From positions 31,175 through 95,174 of the IMG/VR virus record IMGVR_UViG_3300033145_000668: a stretch of DNA of 64,000 nt; one strand, written 5' to 3'. Of this stretch, positions 49,464-60,638 are shown one piece after another. The notes under the pieces are model-generated. The model was not told the DNA's origin. It saw only the letters and a program-made list of their open reading frames with translations, and searched no databases. The position numbers were made by a program, and so were the translations under genes. The DNA comes from a virus. Within the stretch, counting starts at the first letter, position 1. Every line of letters begins with the position of its first letter.

Positions 49464-52400
49464 ATGAAAAAAGAAAATAAAATCGGATGTGGGAAAGGAT
49501 TAGAAGAATATGGGAATGAAATTGATTGTGGATATAAAGATATTAAAGGAATTTATTTATGCCCAGAATGTCAAAGTCAGCAGGAACTCAATTCTAAAAA
49601 GAACTGTGTAAAATGTAAACCTGTTGACACCTCAAAATCGCAGTTTAATTTGAAAGAGAAAAGGATATTAAATAATGGAGCATATGGAGAATTAGACATT
49701 GAAAAAGTATACATGGAAGAAGATATCAAAGAGTTTATTCGGCTGGAAGATGAATTAATTAATAATTTCAGATTTAAAATAGATTCAAATGGATGTGTCT
49801 GTAATTTAGATGAATTAAAAGAAGAAAGAGAAAAACTCTCGGGGTTTTCGTCTGATTCCTCGAACACACACCAAAATAAAAAAGGATTTGGTAGAAGTTA
49901 TGGTTATCCTATACAATCACCATCAAAAGTAAATCAGGAGGAGAAAAGATGATAATAGAAATATCAACAAAAGATAAACAAGATGAATATCTTTTTTCAG
50001 ATGATCAATACGAAAATATAAAGAAAGTAATTGAGGCACTTAGGGAAATTACATATTAACAAAAGAATGAAACAAAGAAAAGAAACAAGAATTGAAATAA
50101 TAGATATGGATGATGAAACTAAAAGAAAATTTGTTAGACGGAATTGTAAAATTGAAGAATCAATTCAAGATAATGGAAGAACATTAAAATTATTTATATC
50201 GTCAAAATTACCTATCACTAAATTAAATAAAATGGAGGAAAAATAAAATTAAATACGGGTTCGTCTTAGTCATAAATTAAAATGATACAAAACTCATGAT
50301 AACTGAAACAATGGAAAAAGAAAAGAAATGTATATTTTGTGAATGGGAAAAAGCAACACAAAAAGAAAGAGATGATTGCGAATGGTATAATTGTCCTAAA
50401 TGTAAAATTAAATGTGGGTTAAGTTCGTCTTAGTCATAAATTCCGTCGATAAAACTAAATATTACTAAAAACAATACATTTATATACTACTTATTCTTAT
50501 ACTTATTATAATGGAAACAATAAAAGCAAAATGTCAAAAATGTTCTTACGAATGGGAAACAAACTCTAAGATGATTATGGTTAGTTGTCCATCGTGTTGT
50601 GCAAAAGTAAAAATTAGAGAGATTAAAAAATGAATAAAGAAACAAGATTAATTATAGAAAATCAAAAAGAAATAATGGAATTTTTATTATATCCAAATTA
50701 TCCTGAAAGTTTGATTAAACAAAAGAATAAAATTATAGAATTACTAATTCCAAAAGAATCAGATAATGAACAAAAAATAAAAAAATCACTTACGTCAAAA
50801 GGGGAGAAACGGAATTAAAATGGTAAAATTAATAATAGAAGCTGCTGCAATATTGAACGAGGATAATAAAGAGTTTTTTTCGGAACTTATGAGTAAAGGA
50901 GTTGATGCAGTTGAACCAGAGATGAAAAAACAATTAAATAGGGGAAAAGAAGAATGGATGATACAAATTACTTAGTATTTTTATTGAATAATAGATTAAA
51001 TGAAAATTATAGTATTAGAGAGTTGAAAAATGAAATAAAAGAAAGATTAAAAGAAATAGGAGTTATGAACGAATATGAAGATATTGATGAAGAAAAGCTT
51101 TCGTCAAAGAACACGGAGGAGAATCAGAATGAAAATTAAATATAATAAAGAATTAAAAGCTAAAATGTGTGTTCCTGAAACACCATTAGAAGCAGTTGAG
51201 CAATTAGAAATATTTTTTGAATCAGATATATGGTATTCTAAAGAAAATGAATGGAAAACAAAAGAAGATATGATTAAATATTTAAGAGGATATTTTAATA
51301 TTTGTAAAAAAGCAATTAAAAAATGTTCCAAGAAGAACACAGGAGTGAAACAAGAATGAAAGATAGATATTTATGGGGTTCATTAATATTTGGACTTTTA
51401 ACAACGTGGACAGGAACATTAGTTTATAATTCTCATTGGGGAAAGTTAGGATTAATCCCATGGTTAATAATTGCTATTCTATATTGGATTGATATGTGTT
51501 CTAAAAAGAACATGGAGGAGAATAAATGACTAATTTAAAGTATCACGAAAGTTTATTAGTATTTGGTTCAATAGGTTCTACACTAACAGGAATTGTATTT
51601 TATTTTATAATGAGAATTAAAGGAATCTTTGGTTCATTAATTACTATTTTACTTTTGATATTTGTCTATGTTGGAGTTGAAGTTTATACTAATATGAAAA
51701 AGGATTTAATAAAATATGAGCTTTCACTTTTGAAAGGAAATAAGAACGATGGATAAAAAAGAGATTCAATCAGAAGCAAAAGATTATTGTGGAGATATAC
51801 TTCATTGGATAAATAAAGGAGATTATTCTTCAGCACAAAGAATGCTAACTTCTTTTAGAAAAGCAATAGGTATGTGGAAAAAGGAAGGTGCACAATAATG
51901 ACATTAAGAGAACAACTTTCAGATTTAGAACATAAGCAATGGGCTCACTGGACAGATTATTTATTAAATTTATCTACAACAGAATTTAGTGAAAATATTG
52001 AAAGATGGCATAGACAAATTAATACAGATTATAAAGACCTTTCAGAAAAAGAAAAAGATTCTGATAGAAGTTGGGCAGATAAAGTTTTAGAATTAACAAA
52101 AGTGAGTATAGGAGAGTTGATTGAGAAAGAGATTATACATTTTGAAAAACCAGAGACGGAAGTAAACAAGGCAATGGTGTTTTATTTAAGAGATTTATTG
52201 AGAAAATTAGATACGCTTTGTAGTCCTTTGACGACAGGAGAGAAAGAATAATGTGTTTATTTTATAATTGGGTATATAAAGACAAAGAATTAGTTTCAAC
52301 TTCTGATGATATATGTGAAACTGTCATTTATACAAAAAGATTTTGTAGAAAATGTGGAAAACTTCAAGAAGATTATGGTAAGTTTAAAGGGGTTCAAGAG

Positions 52401-52478
52401 TGTTATTCTTATAAACATAAGTGGAGAACTATTGGATATTTAAAAAAAGGTTCGCATGATTCAGAGGAGAAGAAATGA
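49464..52478 (+). other. Array of small hypothetical ORFs (including two small membrane proteins) with related 3' ends
   Basis: Abutting ORFs ending in (C/L)S(K/S)KNxxE-like tails that overlap the next RBS. Confidence 0.55.
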
Positions 52479-53016
52479 CATATGAAAATTGCGAATATTG
52501 CGAACACAGATTTGATGCCAAAGGAGAAGAGCTGTGTCGCTCAGAAGAATATAAGGATTTAAATACAGCGCAAGAAGAATACATGATTGAGAGTGGAATG
52601 GAGTCGATTCGAGGTGATTTAGAATGATAGAATTACCTTTGTGGATAAAACAAATATTTTGTGTGCATGATTGGAAATATGCGCGCTCGTTTAGATTGGT
52701 AACGTCGGCATATGTATGTAACAAATGTAATTTGGTGAGGATAGATAAATGATAAGCGAAAAAGGTCTTGAAAGATATAGAGAATTAAAAGAATTCAAGA
52801 AAACGTGTGGTTTAAGTAAAAAAGAACAGCAAGAATTGAAGAAATATACTAAAATATTAGAGGTGAAATAATGAAAACACTACTATATTTAAGCGGATTT
52901 ACCGGAATTGAAGCATATCATAAATTATTTATGAGTGCTTTGAATTTTATAAATAGGTGGAAGTAATAGGTATGATTTTAGTTAATCATATATTTTATTT
53001 TTATTTTTTTAAATTA

Positions 53017-53095
53017 CAGTCGGGTTGTGACGAAATAGGTAAGCGGTGACAACCTTTTCGACTGAAAGGCAGCTAATATGGTGCGTCTTGTCACA
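53017..53095. ncRNA. Intergenic structured element
   Basis: CAGTCG/CGACTG and GGTTGT/ACAACC stems, alternative TGTGAC/GTCACA pairing, GC-rich island. Confidence 0.4.
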
Positions 53096-53169
53096 TAATC
53101 ATAATACTATATAGATAAAAAACGAACCTTAATAAATAGGTAGCATTTTGTAAGGTTACTTTTATTACC

Positions 53170-54033
53170 ATGAATGAAAAAACATATATAATAAATAAAG
53201 GAACCCAGAATAATTTTGAAAAAGATTATATTAATTATTTACGTGTGTATGGTGATTTATATTATTCTATTGAAGAAGTTGGTAAGCTAGAACATAAATT
53301 ATTAAAAGATTATGATATAACAATCAGTCAATTAAAAAATAATAAATTTATTTATGTCAGAAAACATTTAAAAGATAATGAATACTAAAGATTATATTAA
53401 ATATCAAGTTGATTATCTCAAATTTGAGAGAGGTATAATATTCAAAGACGAATTTTCTGCATATCGTTTCCTTAGAGATTTATATGTCGATGAAAGAATT
53501 GATAAAAAGATGTTCTGGTTAGCTGCTGGAATAACTACTGCTATGTTAACTCATAGTTATGTTGAACATTGGAAAGATAAAAAGAAAGTTTTTGAAGAAA
53601 TTAAAAAAAGTAGTTTGGAGGATAAATTAAAATGAGAAAACTAACAAAAAATATATTAGTTTCAGTAACGTTTGTTGCTATTTGGACAGGTTTGTTTATG
53701 AAGTATTCAAAAGGAGAAACAATTAATCGATTTGATAATTATAGGGAGAAAGCAAAATATTCTTGGCATGAATTTAGTGATATAGAGCAAGGTAAAAAGA
53801 TTGGAGCAGTTTATGATTTAGATGGTGATATGAAACCAGATTGTGCAGAATTTTATGATATAATGATTGGTCCTTTTGGACATATGTATAAATCTGATAA
53901 TCCAAATATGTATTGGTTTGATAATTTTCCTAATAATAAAATCGAAATACACGAATTATATAATGATGCAAGTGCTGATGGTTTAAACGGGAATGAAGTT
54001 CAACAAAAATATAAATTAGAAAATTTAATATGA
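53170..54033 (+). other. Three hypothetical ORFs (53170-53388, 53378-53635, 53632-54033; the last membrane-anchored with a DxDGD loop)
   Basis: Overlapping ORFs; 'DLDGDMKPD'. Confidence 0.5.
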
Positions 54034-54341
54034 GTCAATCTAAACACGATAAAGCATTAGAAAAAATAGTGAATAATCCAGATATTTTTATTCCAGATAA
54101 ATTATTTTGGAGTGCTAAAGAAACTAATTTTTATAGAACGAACGGACAACTTTTGGCACAGCCGGACTTTATGGGATATACAAGAAAAGGAGATTTGTAT
54201 ATTTTAGAGTATAAAGGAAGTGATAATACAAGTGCAAGAAGTAAAGCAAGACATCAATTAGAAACGGCTAAACGATTTGTTGAAGAAATGGGATTTACTG
54301 GAAGAATTGAGACACTTTATGTTAGCGGTAGAATAAAATGA
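54030..54341 (+). CDS. Small PD-(D/E)XK nuclease-like protein
   Basis: 'QPDF...ILEYK...KARHQL'. Confidence 0.55.
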   Translation: MSQSKHDKALEKIVNNPDIFIPDKLFWSAKETNFYRTNGQLLAQPDFMGYTRKGDLYILEYKGSDNTSARSKARHQLETAKRFVEEMGFTGRIETLYVSGRIK

Positions 54342-54816
54342 AACTCGATTTAGTTAAATATTTATTTGACATAGAAAAGTATTTTGATAGAAGTATGGAT
54401 GAAATAATTATTAATGACGATTGCTTACCTTATGTTGCTGATGGTCTGGTTGGAGCAATTTATGTTTTGGATTATGAAAGAAGAATTCCAGAAACTTTTG
54501 AACAATATATACAAATGATACAACCAGCTTTTAATGAGCTGATAATACGCGGAATGTTTGACCCTAAAAAACAAGTGAAGGCATACTGATGAATTTGGAA
54601 TATAAAATTAACCAAGGAGAACTAATTGAATTTGAAACAGAGATTACCAGATACCACTTTAAAAGAATTCAATCAAGAAGAAACCAAGGAACAGAAGCTA
54701 TACATCAAATGAGAAAAAAAATTATAGAAAAATATAATTTAAATGAAGATGAGTTTGCGAATAATTATAAAACACATTATAATAGGATTTGTAACTAATA
54801 TAGAATATAACAAAAA

Positions 54817-55215
54817 ATGGGATTAATAGAATTAATTACAGCTGTAACTTTTATTCTTGGTGGTAATTCTTATCATGTTGATAGGGAAGTTAATTGGAAT
54901 GAAGAAAATAACATTAGAGGAATTGAGTTTCAATTAAAAGATTCTAATTATAGTCCATTCATTAAATTTTTAGATAATTCTTTTAATCAACCATCTAAAA
55001 CAATAGGAATAAATTACCAGAGATGTACAAACGGAGAATTGAAACTTTGTGGAGGATATTCCGCTGGTGTTGTTGATGGATATAAAGATAAAGAATACCC
55101 AACGTTTCCTTATGCTGCACCTTACGGAAGTATAAAATATAAGAATTTTGAATTAGGCGGTGGATGTTTACCAACTGCTTGTATGTATGAATTGAAATTA
55201 AAAGTAGATTTTTAA
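54817..55215 (+). CDS. Secreted beta-barrel-like protein (PagP-like hypothetical family)
   Basis: 'SYHVDR...NEENN.RGIE', 'NSFNQPS', 'GVVDGY', alternating beta strands, terminal Phe. Confidence 0.45.
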   Translation: MGLIELITAVTFILGGNSYHVDREVNWNEENNIRGIEFQLKDSNYSPFIKFLDNSFNQPSKTIGINYQRCTNGELKLCGGYSAGVVDGYKDKEYPTFPYAAPYGSIKYKNFELGGGCLPTACMYELKLKVDF

Positions 55216-55273
55216 AAGAAAAGGTTTATAAACTTGTTATTTTTTATTTATTCATAATGGAGGAAAATATAAA

Positions 55274-55660
55274 GTGAATAAAAAAGGACAAAGTGAAGGT
55301 GGAGTAATAATTTTTTTTGTTTGTTTAATAGTTGTAATTATTCTATTAGGTATGTGGGGAATGCCTAAGTATGGAGTTTATTCTAAGGAGTTAAGTGGTA
55401 AGGCGCAGTTGAAGGAAGCCGAATGGAATAGACAAATTGCAATTCAAGAAGCAGAAGCAGAGAAAGCAAGTGCAGGATTAAAGGCGGAAGCTGAAGTAAT
55501 CAGAGCGCGTGGTATTGCCGAAGCAAATGAAATTATTGCTGGAAGTATAACTGAAAGTTATTTAAAATATAGATTTATTGAAGGTTTGAACAATGGTGTC
55601 GGTGAAGTGATTTATGTTCCAACTGAAGCAAATTTACCTATTTTAGAAGCTAGAGGTTAA
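55274..55660 (+). CDS. SPFH/prohibitin-like membrane protein (short form)
   Basis: TM helix, AE-rich coil 'AEVIRARGIAEAN', 'IYVPTEANLPILEA'. Confidence 0.7.
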   Translation: MNKKGQSEGGVIIFFVCLIVVIILLGMWGMPKYGVYSKELSGKAQLKEAEWNRQIAIQEAEAEKASAGLKAEAEVIRARGIAEANEIIAGSITESYLKYRFIEGLNNGVGEVIYVPTEANLPILEARG

Positions 55661-56099
55661 ACAAAGTAATTTATTTTTTTATTTTTTTAAATTTTTATGG
55701 TTCTAATAGGGAAGAAAAGTGGAGTAAAATATTCAGAAACATTTTTTAGGTTTTGTAATGAATGTAATAAACGATATAAGCCGGATGGTAAGGCTCAAAA
55801 AATATGTAATAAGTGTATAAGTGAAAGGAAATTTGGTATGAAGTTAAAGAGCAGCAATATTAGCAAACATTTATAAACTATTTGTGCGTGAGTGTTATAT
55901 AGTAAAATGGATAAATTAAAAACACAAAAGCAAAAGGAGGTTATAATGATGGATAAAGTAAAAATAAAAATTTTTAAAAATGATTCTCCTGATAAAGTTG
56001 CTGAAGAAATTAATAGTTTTGGTAATGTTAAAAATGTAATTGCAACACAACCGTTCAGTGTAAATAATAAATGGATTGTGTGGTGTTATTATAAATAAT

Positions 56100-56286
56100 A
56101 TAAATTTAAAAATTGGTGATTAAAATAGTAACAAAAATAAATAGTTGGAGAAAAAGAAAGAAAGGAAATATTGGAAATCAGAATAGTGTTGATGTTAAGA
56201 GAAAAGTGAGTAAGATATTAAAAGACAAAGGGGAAATAGAAAACGAATTAAATTGCCAATTTATAAGGATAAAAGATTATAAGTAG
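56100..56286 (+). pseudogene. Remnant of a NUMOD3/DUF559-type endonuclease
   Basis: Fragment 'EIENELNCQFIRIKDYK*' resembles the C-terminus of 58250-58930. Confidence 0.35.
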
Positions 56287-56373
56287 TGATAGGTAATAGT
56301 ATGCTTTAAAGTATACAAACATTTATAATATATATTTTATTATAAATATAAAAGGAGTAAAAGAAGTGATAAA

Positions 56374-56661
56374 ATGAATAAAATAATAAATATATTTTGC
56401 AAAGAAAAACCGTCTCTAATTTTACTATCGTTAAATAAAAACAGTGGCACCGAAAAAACCATAAGTAATTTGGCAAAAGATTCTGATTGTGTTTTTGCTC
56501 ATGTTACCAATATACTTAAGGCTTTTCATAAAGAAAATATTACAACATTTAAAAAAGAAGGTAGAACAAAAATAATTAGTTTAACCGAAAAAGGAAAATT
56601 AATAGCTACATCACTTGAACAAATGATAAATGTTGAAAGCACACTTATAAGCAACTCTTAA
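56374..56661 (+). CDS. Winged helix-turn-helix transcription regulator (archaeal MarR-like)
   Basis: 'SNLAKDSDCVFAHVTNILK', 'KKEGRTKIISLTEKG'. Confidence 0.8.
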   Translation: MNKIINIFCKEKPSLILLSLNKNSGTEKTISNLAKDSDCVFAHVTNILKAFHKENITTFKKEGRTKIISLTEKGKLIATSLEQMINVESTLISNS

Positions 56662-56697
56662 ATATTAGGAGATTAATTAAAATGGAGATAAATTAAA

Positions 56698-56775
56698 ATG
56701 CCTGAAGATGAAGTAGAAACACCGGAAGAAGCAGTTGAAGAAGTAGAAGTAGAAGCTGAAGAAGAAGCTGAATAA
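56698..56775 (+). CDS. 25-aa highly acidic micropeptide, not in the ORF track
   Basis: MPEDEVETPEEAVEEVEVEAEEEAE; GGAGA RBS, T-rich tract downstream. Confidence 0.5.
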   Translation: MPEDEVETPEEAVEEVEVEAEEEAE

Positions 56776-57031
56776 GTCTTCTGAAAAATTTATTATTTTT
56801 TTATTTAATATTAAAAACAAAATGACAAAAATCGATTACGAAAATGTAGGAAAAGATGTAAAGGAATGTCTTTATAGTTTTAATGATAAGTTTTCTAAAT
56901 TGGAAAGAAAAAAAGATGAACTGGATAGTCAATTTTTAAAAAGAATTGTTAATAACAGAAAAAGATGTTTAAATAAATTAACAAACGACAAACATTTATA
57001 AAAGACAGGTTCCTTTATATTATATAATAAA

Positions 57032-58075
57032 ATGATAACTAAAATACTAAAAGAAGTAAATAGAGTAATGAAACCGCATGCTGTATATGCCGTTGGTGGA
57101 TGTGTGCGTGACCATTTATTAGGAATCGAGCCAAAAGATTACGATTTTTGTACTTCTGCTACTCCAGAACAAATTGAAAAATGTATTAAATCTAAATCTA
57201 TGAGAGCATATTTAACTGGAAAGAGATTTGGTACTATTGGGTGTAAAGTAAAAGTTGATGGTAATTACCACATGATTGAGATAACAACTTTTAGGAAAGA
57301 GCAGTATGCAAAAGGAGATAGAAAACCCGACGTTGAGTTTGTTACTTCGTTACATGAGGATTTAAGTAGAAGGGATTTTACTATTAATAGCATGTGTGCA
57401 AGATTGGTAAACGACAAGCTAAAAATAGTAGACCCATTCAACGGTCAGGAAGATTTGAAGAATGGAATAATTAGAGCAGTTGGTAATCCTAAAATAAGAT
57501 TCAAAGAGGACCCATTGAGAATTTTAAGATGTGTAAGGTTTGCTTGTAGATTTAATTATGAAATAGAAGAAAAAACAAGAAAGAAAATGGAAAGTGGAGC
57601 AATCCAAATTTTAAATATTAGTAAGGAACGGTGGGTTATAGAGTTGGATAAGATTTTACAATCTAATAATGTTAGAAAGGGATTAGAATTATTATGGGAT
57701 ACTAAATTGTTTATTTATATGATACCAGAATTGTCTTTACAGCGAGGGTATGAGCAAAACTCTCAATATCATAATTTTACATTAGATGAGCACACTATTA
57801 AAGTTGTAGAAGCGGTTAGAAAGGATACTGATGATTTGAATTTACTTTGGGCTGCGTTACTTCATGATTGTGGAAAGGTTTTTTGTAAAACAGAAAATAA
57901 AAAAGGTTATAATAATTATATATCCCATGAAAATATAAGTTCTGAAATTGTTTTAAAATATGTTAATTATTTAAAATGGAGTAATGAAAGAAAAAATAAA
58001 GTATATGATTTAGTTCTCAATCACTTAGATGATGATTGTGAACTTAGAAAATATGATAACTTAGGTAAAGTGTAA
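57032..58075 (+). CDS. cca: Class II CCA-adding enzyme (tRNA nucleotidyltransferase) with HD domain
   Basis: 'VGGCVRD.LLG..PKDYD', flexible loop 'RKEQY..GDRKP', 'RRDFTIN', 'EDPLRILR', 'LLHDCGK'. Confidence 0.9.
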   Translation: MITKILKEVNRVMKPHAVYAVGGCVRDHLLGIEPKDYDFCTSATPEQIEKCIKSKSMRAYLTGKRFGTIGCKVKVDGNYHMIEITTFRKEQYAKGDRKPDVEFVTSLHEDLSRRDFTINSMCARLVNDKLKIVDPFNGQEDLKNGIIRAVGNPKIRFKEDPLRILRCVRFACRFNYEIEEKTRKKMESGAIQILNISKERWVIELDKILQSNNVRKGLELLWDTKLFIYMIPELSLQRGYEQNSQYHNFTLDEHTIKVVEAVRKDTDDLNLLWAALLHDCGKVFCKTENKKGYNNYISHENISSEIVLKYVNYLKWSNERKNKVYDLVLNHLDDDCELRKYDNLGKV

Positions 58076-58128
58076 TATATATAATTTATTATAAATACAT
58101 TTAAATACTCATTATAATATATTATAAT

Positions 58129-58266
58129 ATGAAAATAACAAAAAAACTAGTGAAAATAGGAGATAGTATTGGTATCATTATTGATAAACCAATACTTGAA
58201 AAAATGAAATTGAAAGAAAAAGATTTAGTTGAAATAAATATTAAAATAGTTGAAAATGAAGAATAA
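58129..58266 (+). CDS. AbrB/MazE-like DNA-binding protein, not in the ORF track
   Basis: MKITKKLVKIGDSIGIIIDKPILEKMKLKEKDLVEINIK...; TTTAAATA box upstream. Confidence 0.75.
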   Translation: MKITKKLVKIGDSIGIIIDKPILEKMKLKEKDLVEINIKIVENEE

Positions 58267-58930
58267 AGGTTCTTGGAAGAAAGGTCATGTCCCTTGGAAT
58301 AAAGGTAAAAAGTATAAATTAGAAGAAATTCATAGTAAAGAAAAAGCTGAAGAAATAAGAATAAAAATGAGAGACTCCATGGTAGGTAAAAAGCACACAG
58401 AAGAAGCAAAAGAAAAAATGAAAAAAACTTATAAAGAAAAATATGAAACCGGATATGAAAATAATAGAAAAGGAAAAGAAACACCAGAATCTACTAAAAT
58501 AAAATTAAGTAAAGCAAATAAAGGTCGCAAACCTTGGATAACTGGCGGTCACCATACGGAAAAAACTAAAGAAAAAATAAGTAAATCTAAAATTGGAAAT
58601 AAACATACAGAAAAAGCAAAAATGAATATGAGAATATCAAGATGTAATTATATAAAAAAGGTTGGTGGACCTACGTTTGGCAAAAACGAAACTCAAATAC
58701 TAAATGAATTTGAATTATCTAATGGTATTAAGTTGATAAGGCAATATAGTATCGTAGGATATTTAATAGATGGATGTTGTAAAGAATTGAATTTAGTGGT
58801 TGAAGTTTATGAAAAGTTTCATGAAAATCAAAAAGAAAAAGATGAAAAAAGAAAACAAAAAATAATAAATAAATTAAATTGTGATTTTGTAATAATAGAA
58901 GATAATTTTGATAACGAGAGGACAAAGTGA
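58250..58930 (+). CDS. NUMOD3-repeat endonuclease (DUF559/Vsr-like catalytic domain)
   Basis: 'PWNKG', repeated 'HTE..K.K.', 'RQY..GYLIDG...VEVYE..H'. Confidence 0.75.
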   Translation: MKMKNKGSWKKGHVPWNKGKKYKLEEIHSKEKAEEIRIKMRDSMVGKKHTEEAKEKMKKTYKEKYETGYENNRKGKETPESTKIKLSKANKGRKPWITGGHHTEKTKEKISKSKIGNKHTEKAKMNMRISRCNYIKKVGGPTFGKNETQILNEFELSNGIKLIRQYSIVGYLIDGCCKELNLVVEVYEKFHENQKEKDEKRKQKIINKLNCDFVIIEDNFDNERTK

Positions 58931-59124
58931 CACCCAAAAAATGTTCAGAGTGTACAAGATTTATTCCAGAAGCAAGAATTAAACAATATAAAAACAGAAC
59001 AATATATACATGTTCAAAACCATGTTCAATTAAACGAGAATACAGCAGACCTAGTAGATATAAAAATAAAAAATGAAAAGGACAATGTTTATAAAGACCG
59101 TTTTCCTATATATTATATAACAAA

Positions 59125-60246
59125 ATGAAACAAGAATTAAAAAAAATATACAAAAGAAACACAAACGGAAGTGTAAATCAATGGCAAATATTTGTTGTTG
59201 ATAATAGTTATTACACGGAAGAAGGAATATTGGATGGTAAAATAACTACATCTAAATCTAAAATAATAGTTGGTAAAAACATAGGAAGAAGCAATGAGAC
59301 AACTGATTATGAGCAAGCTATTAAAGAAGCTGAAGCTAAACAGACGAAAAAATTGGATTCTGGATATTCTGAAGACCTAAATAAAATAGATACAGCAAAA
59401 ACATTTTTCGCTCCGATGTTAGCACATAAGTACGAAAAATATAAAGACAAAATTGAATTTCCATTATTAGTATCTCCGAAGATAGACGGAGCTAGAATGG
59501 TAATTCAAGAAGATGGTTTGTTCACTAGAAACGGAAAAGAATATGTTTCGTGCCCACACATTACTGAATTATTTAAACCACTTTTCGAAAAATATCCTAA
59601 TTGGGTAATTGATGGAGAAGTATATGCTCACGATGTTTCATTTGAGAAAGTTATGAGTTTAGTTAGAAAAAGTAAACCAACTGAGGAAGATATACAAGAA
59701 TCTGAAAAGATGATTAGTATTTATATTTTTGATGGTGTTGTTGACGACACTAATTTAGGATTTGAAAAAAGGTTTGAGTTGATTAGAAAAGAAATAAATA
59801 ATATTATCGGAGAAACAGAAAAAATAAAATATGTTGAAAATAATATAATAACATCAGATGCCGAAGTAGAAAAATATCATAGTGAATTTGTTGCTGATGG
59901 TTATGAAGGACTAATGATAAGAATACCAAATTCTATTTATGAAAACAAAAGAAGTAAGATGTTGTTAAAATACAAACATTTTTTGGATGAGGAATTCAAA
60001 ATTATAGATGTTGTTGAAGGATTGGGTAATCGTTCAGGAATGGCAGGAAATCTTGTGTTAGAGATGGAAGATGGAAAAACATTTTCTTCAGGAATAAAAG
60101 GCGGAGAAGATTATTATAAATATTTATTAGAAAATAAATCTAAGATTATTGGAAAATTTGCTACAATTAGGTATCAAAATTTATCCGATAAAGATAAGTT
60201 ACCGAGGTTTCCGGTTTGTGTAGATATTGGGAGGATTGATTTATGA
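59125..60246 (+). CDS. lig: ATP-dependent DNA ligase
   Basis: 'PMLA', motif I 'SPKIDGAR', 'DGE', 'FD', 'EGLM', 'LKYK', OB tail 'PRFP'. Confidence 0.92.
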   Translation: MKQELKKIYKRNTNGSVNQWQIFVVDNSYYTEEGILDGKITTSKSKIIVGKNIGRSNETTDYEQAIKEAEAKQTKKLDSGYSEDLNKIDTAKTFFAPMLAHKYEKYKDKIEFPLLVSPKIDGARMVIQEDGLFTRNGKEYVSCPHITELFKPLFEKYPNWVIDGEVYAHDVSFEKVMSLVRKSKPTEEDIQESEKMISIYIFDGVVDDTNLGFEKRFELIRKEINNIIGETEKIKYVENNIITSDAEVEKYHSEFVADGYEGLMIRIPNSIYENKRSKMLLKYKHFLDEEFKIIDVVEGLGNRSGMAGNLVLEMEDGKTFSSGIKGGEDYYKYLLENKSKIIGKFATIRYQNLSDKDKLPRFPVCVDIGRIDL

Positions 60247-60638
60247 CAAAATATAAATGGAAAGTAAATTATGTAAATGAAGGACAATTTGATATGTTAG
60301 ACTATCCAGAAAAATATATTGGAGAGCATGAAATTATTATAAAATTATCTTCTTCTATTGAATTTTTTAGTAAAGAAGTAAATGATTTTCTTAAAAAAAA
60401 TAAAATAAAAAATGTTTATGCACATAATACAATAAAAAATAGACAAGATTGGACTTATAATATGAAGAAAAGTGTTAATACTATTATGATAAGAGATTTA
60501 AAAAAAGATAGCGATGATAAAAAAGAAGTAGAAAAAATTATGAAGTTAATTCCAAAATTACATAAAGACCCTAAATATAGAGCAAAGAGAAAATTAATAG
60601 AAGAAATTAAAAATAGAAAAGGACAAGGAGTTATATAA
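60243..60638 (+). CDS. Hypothetical protein
   Basis: Coupled ORF in the operon. Confidence 0.5.
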   Translation: MTKYKWKVNYVNEGQFDMLDYPEKYIGEHEIIIKLSSSIEFFSKEVNDFLKKNKIKNVYAHNTIKNRQDWTYNMKKSVNTIMIRDLKKDSDDKKEVEKIMKLIPKLHKDPKYRAKRKLIEEIKNRKGQGVI

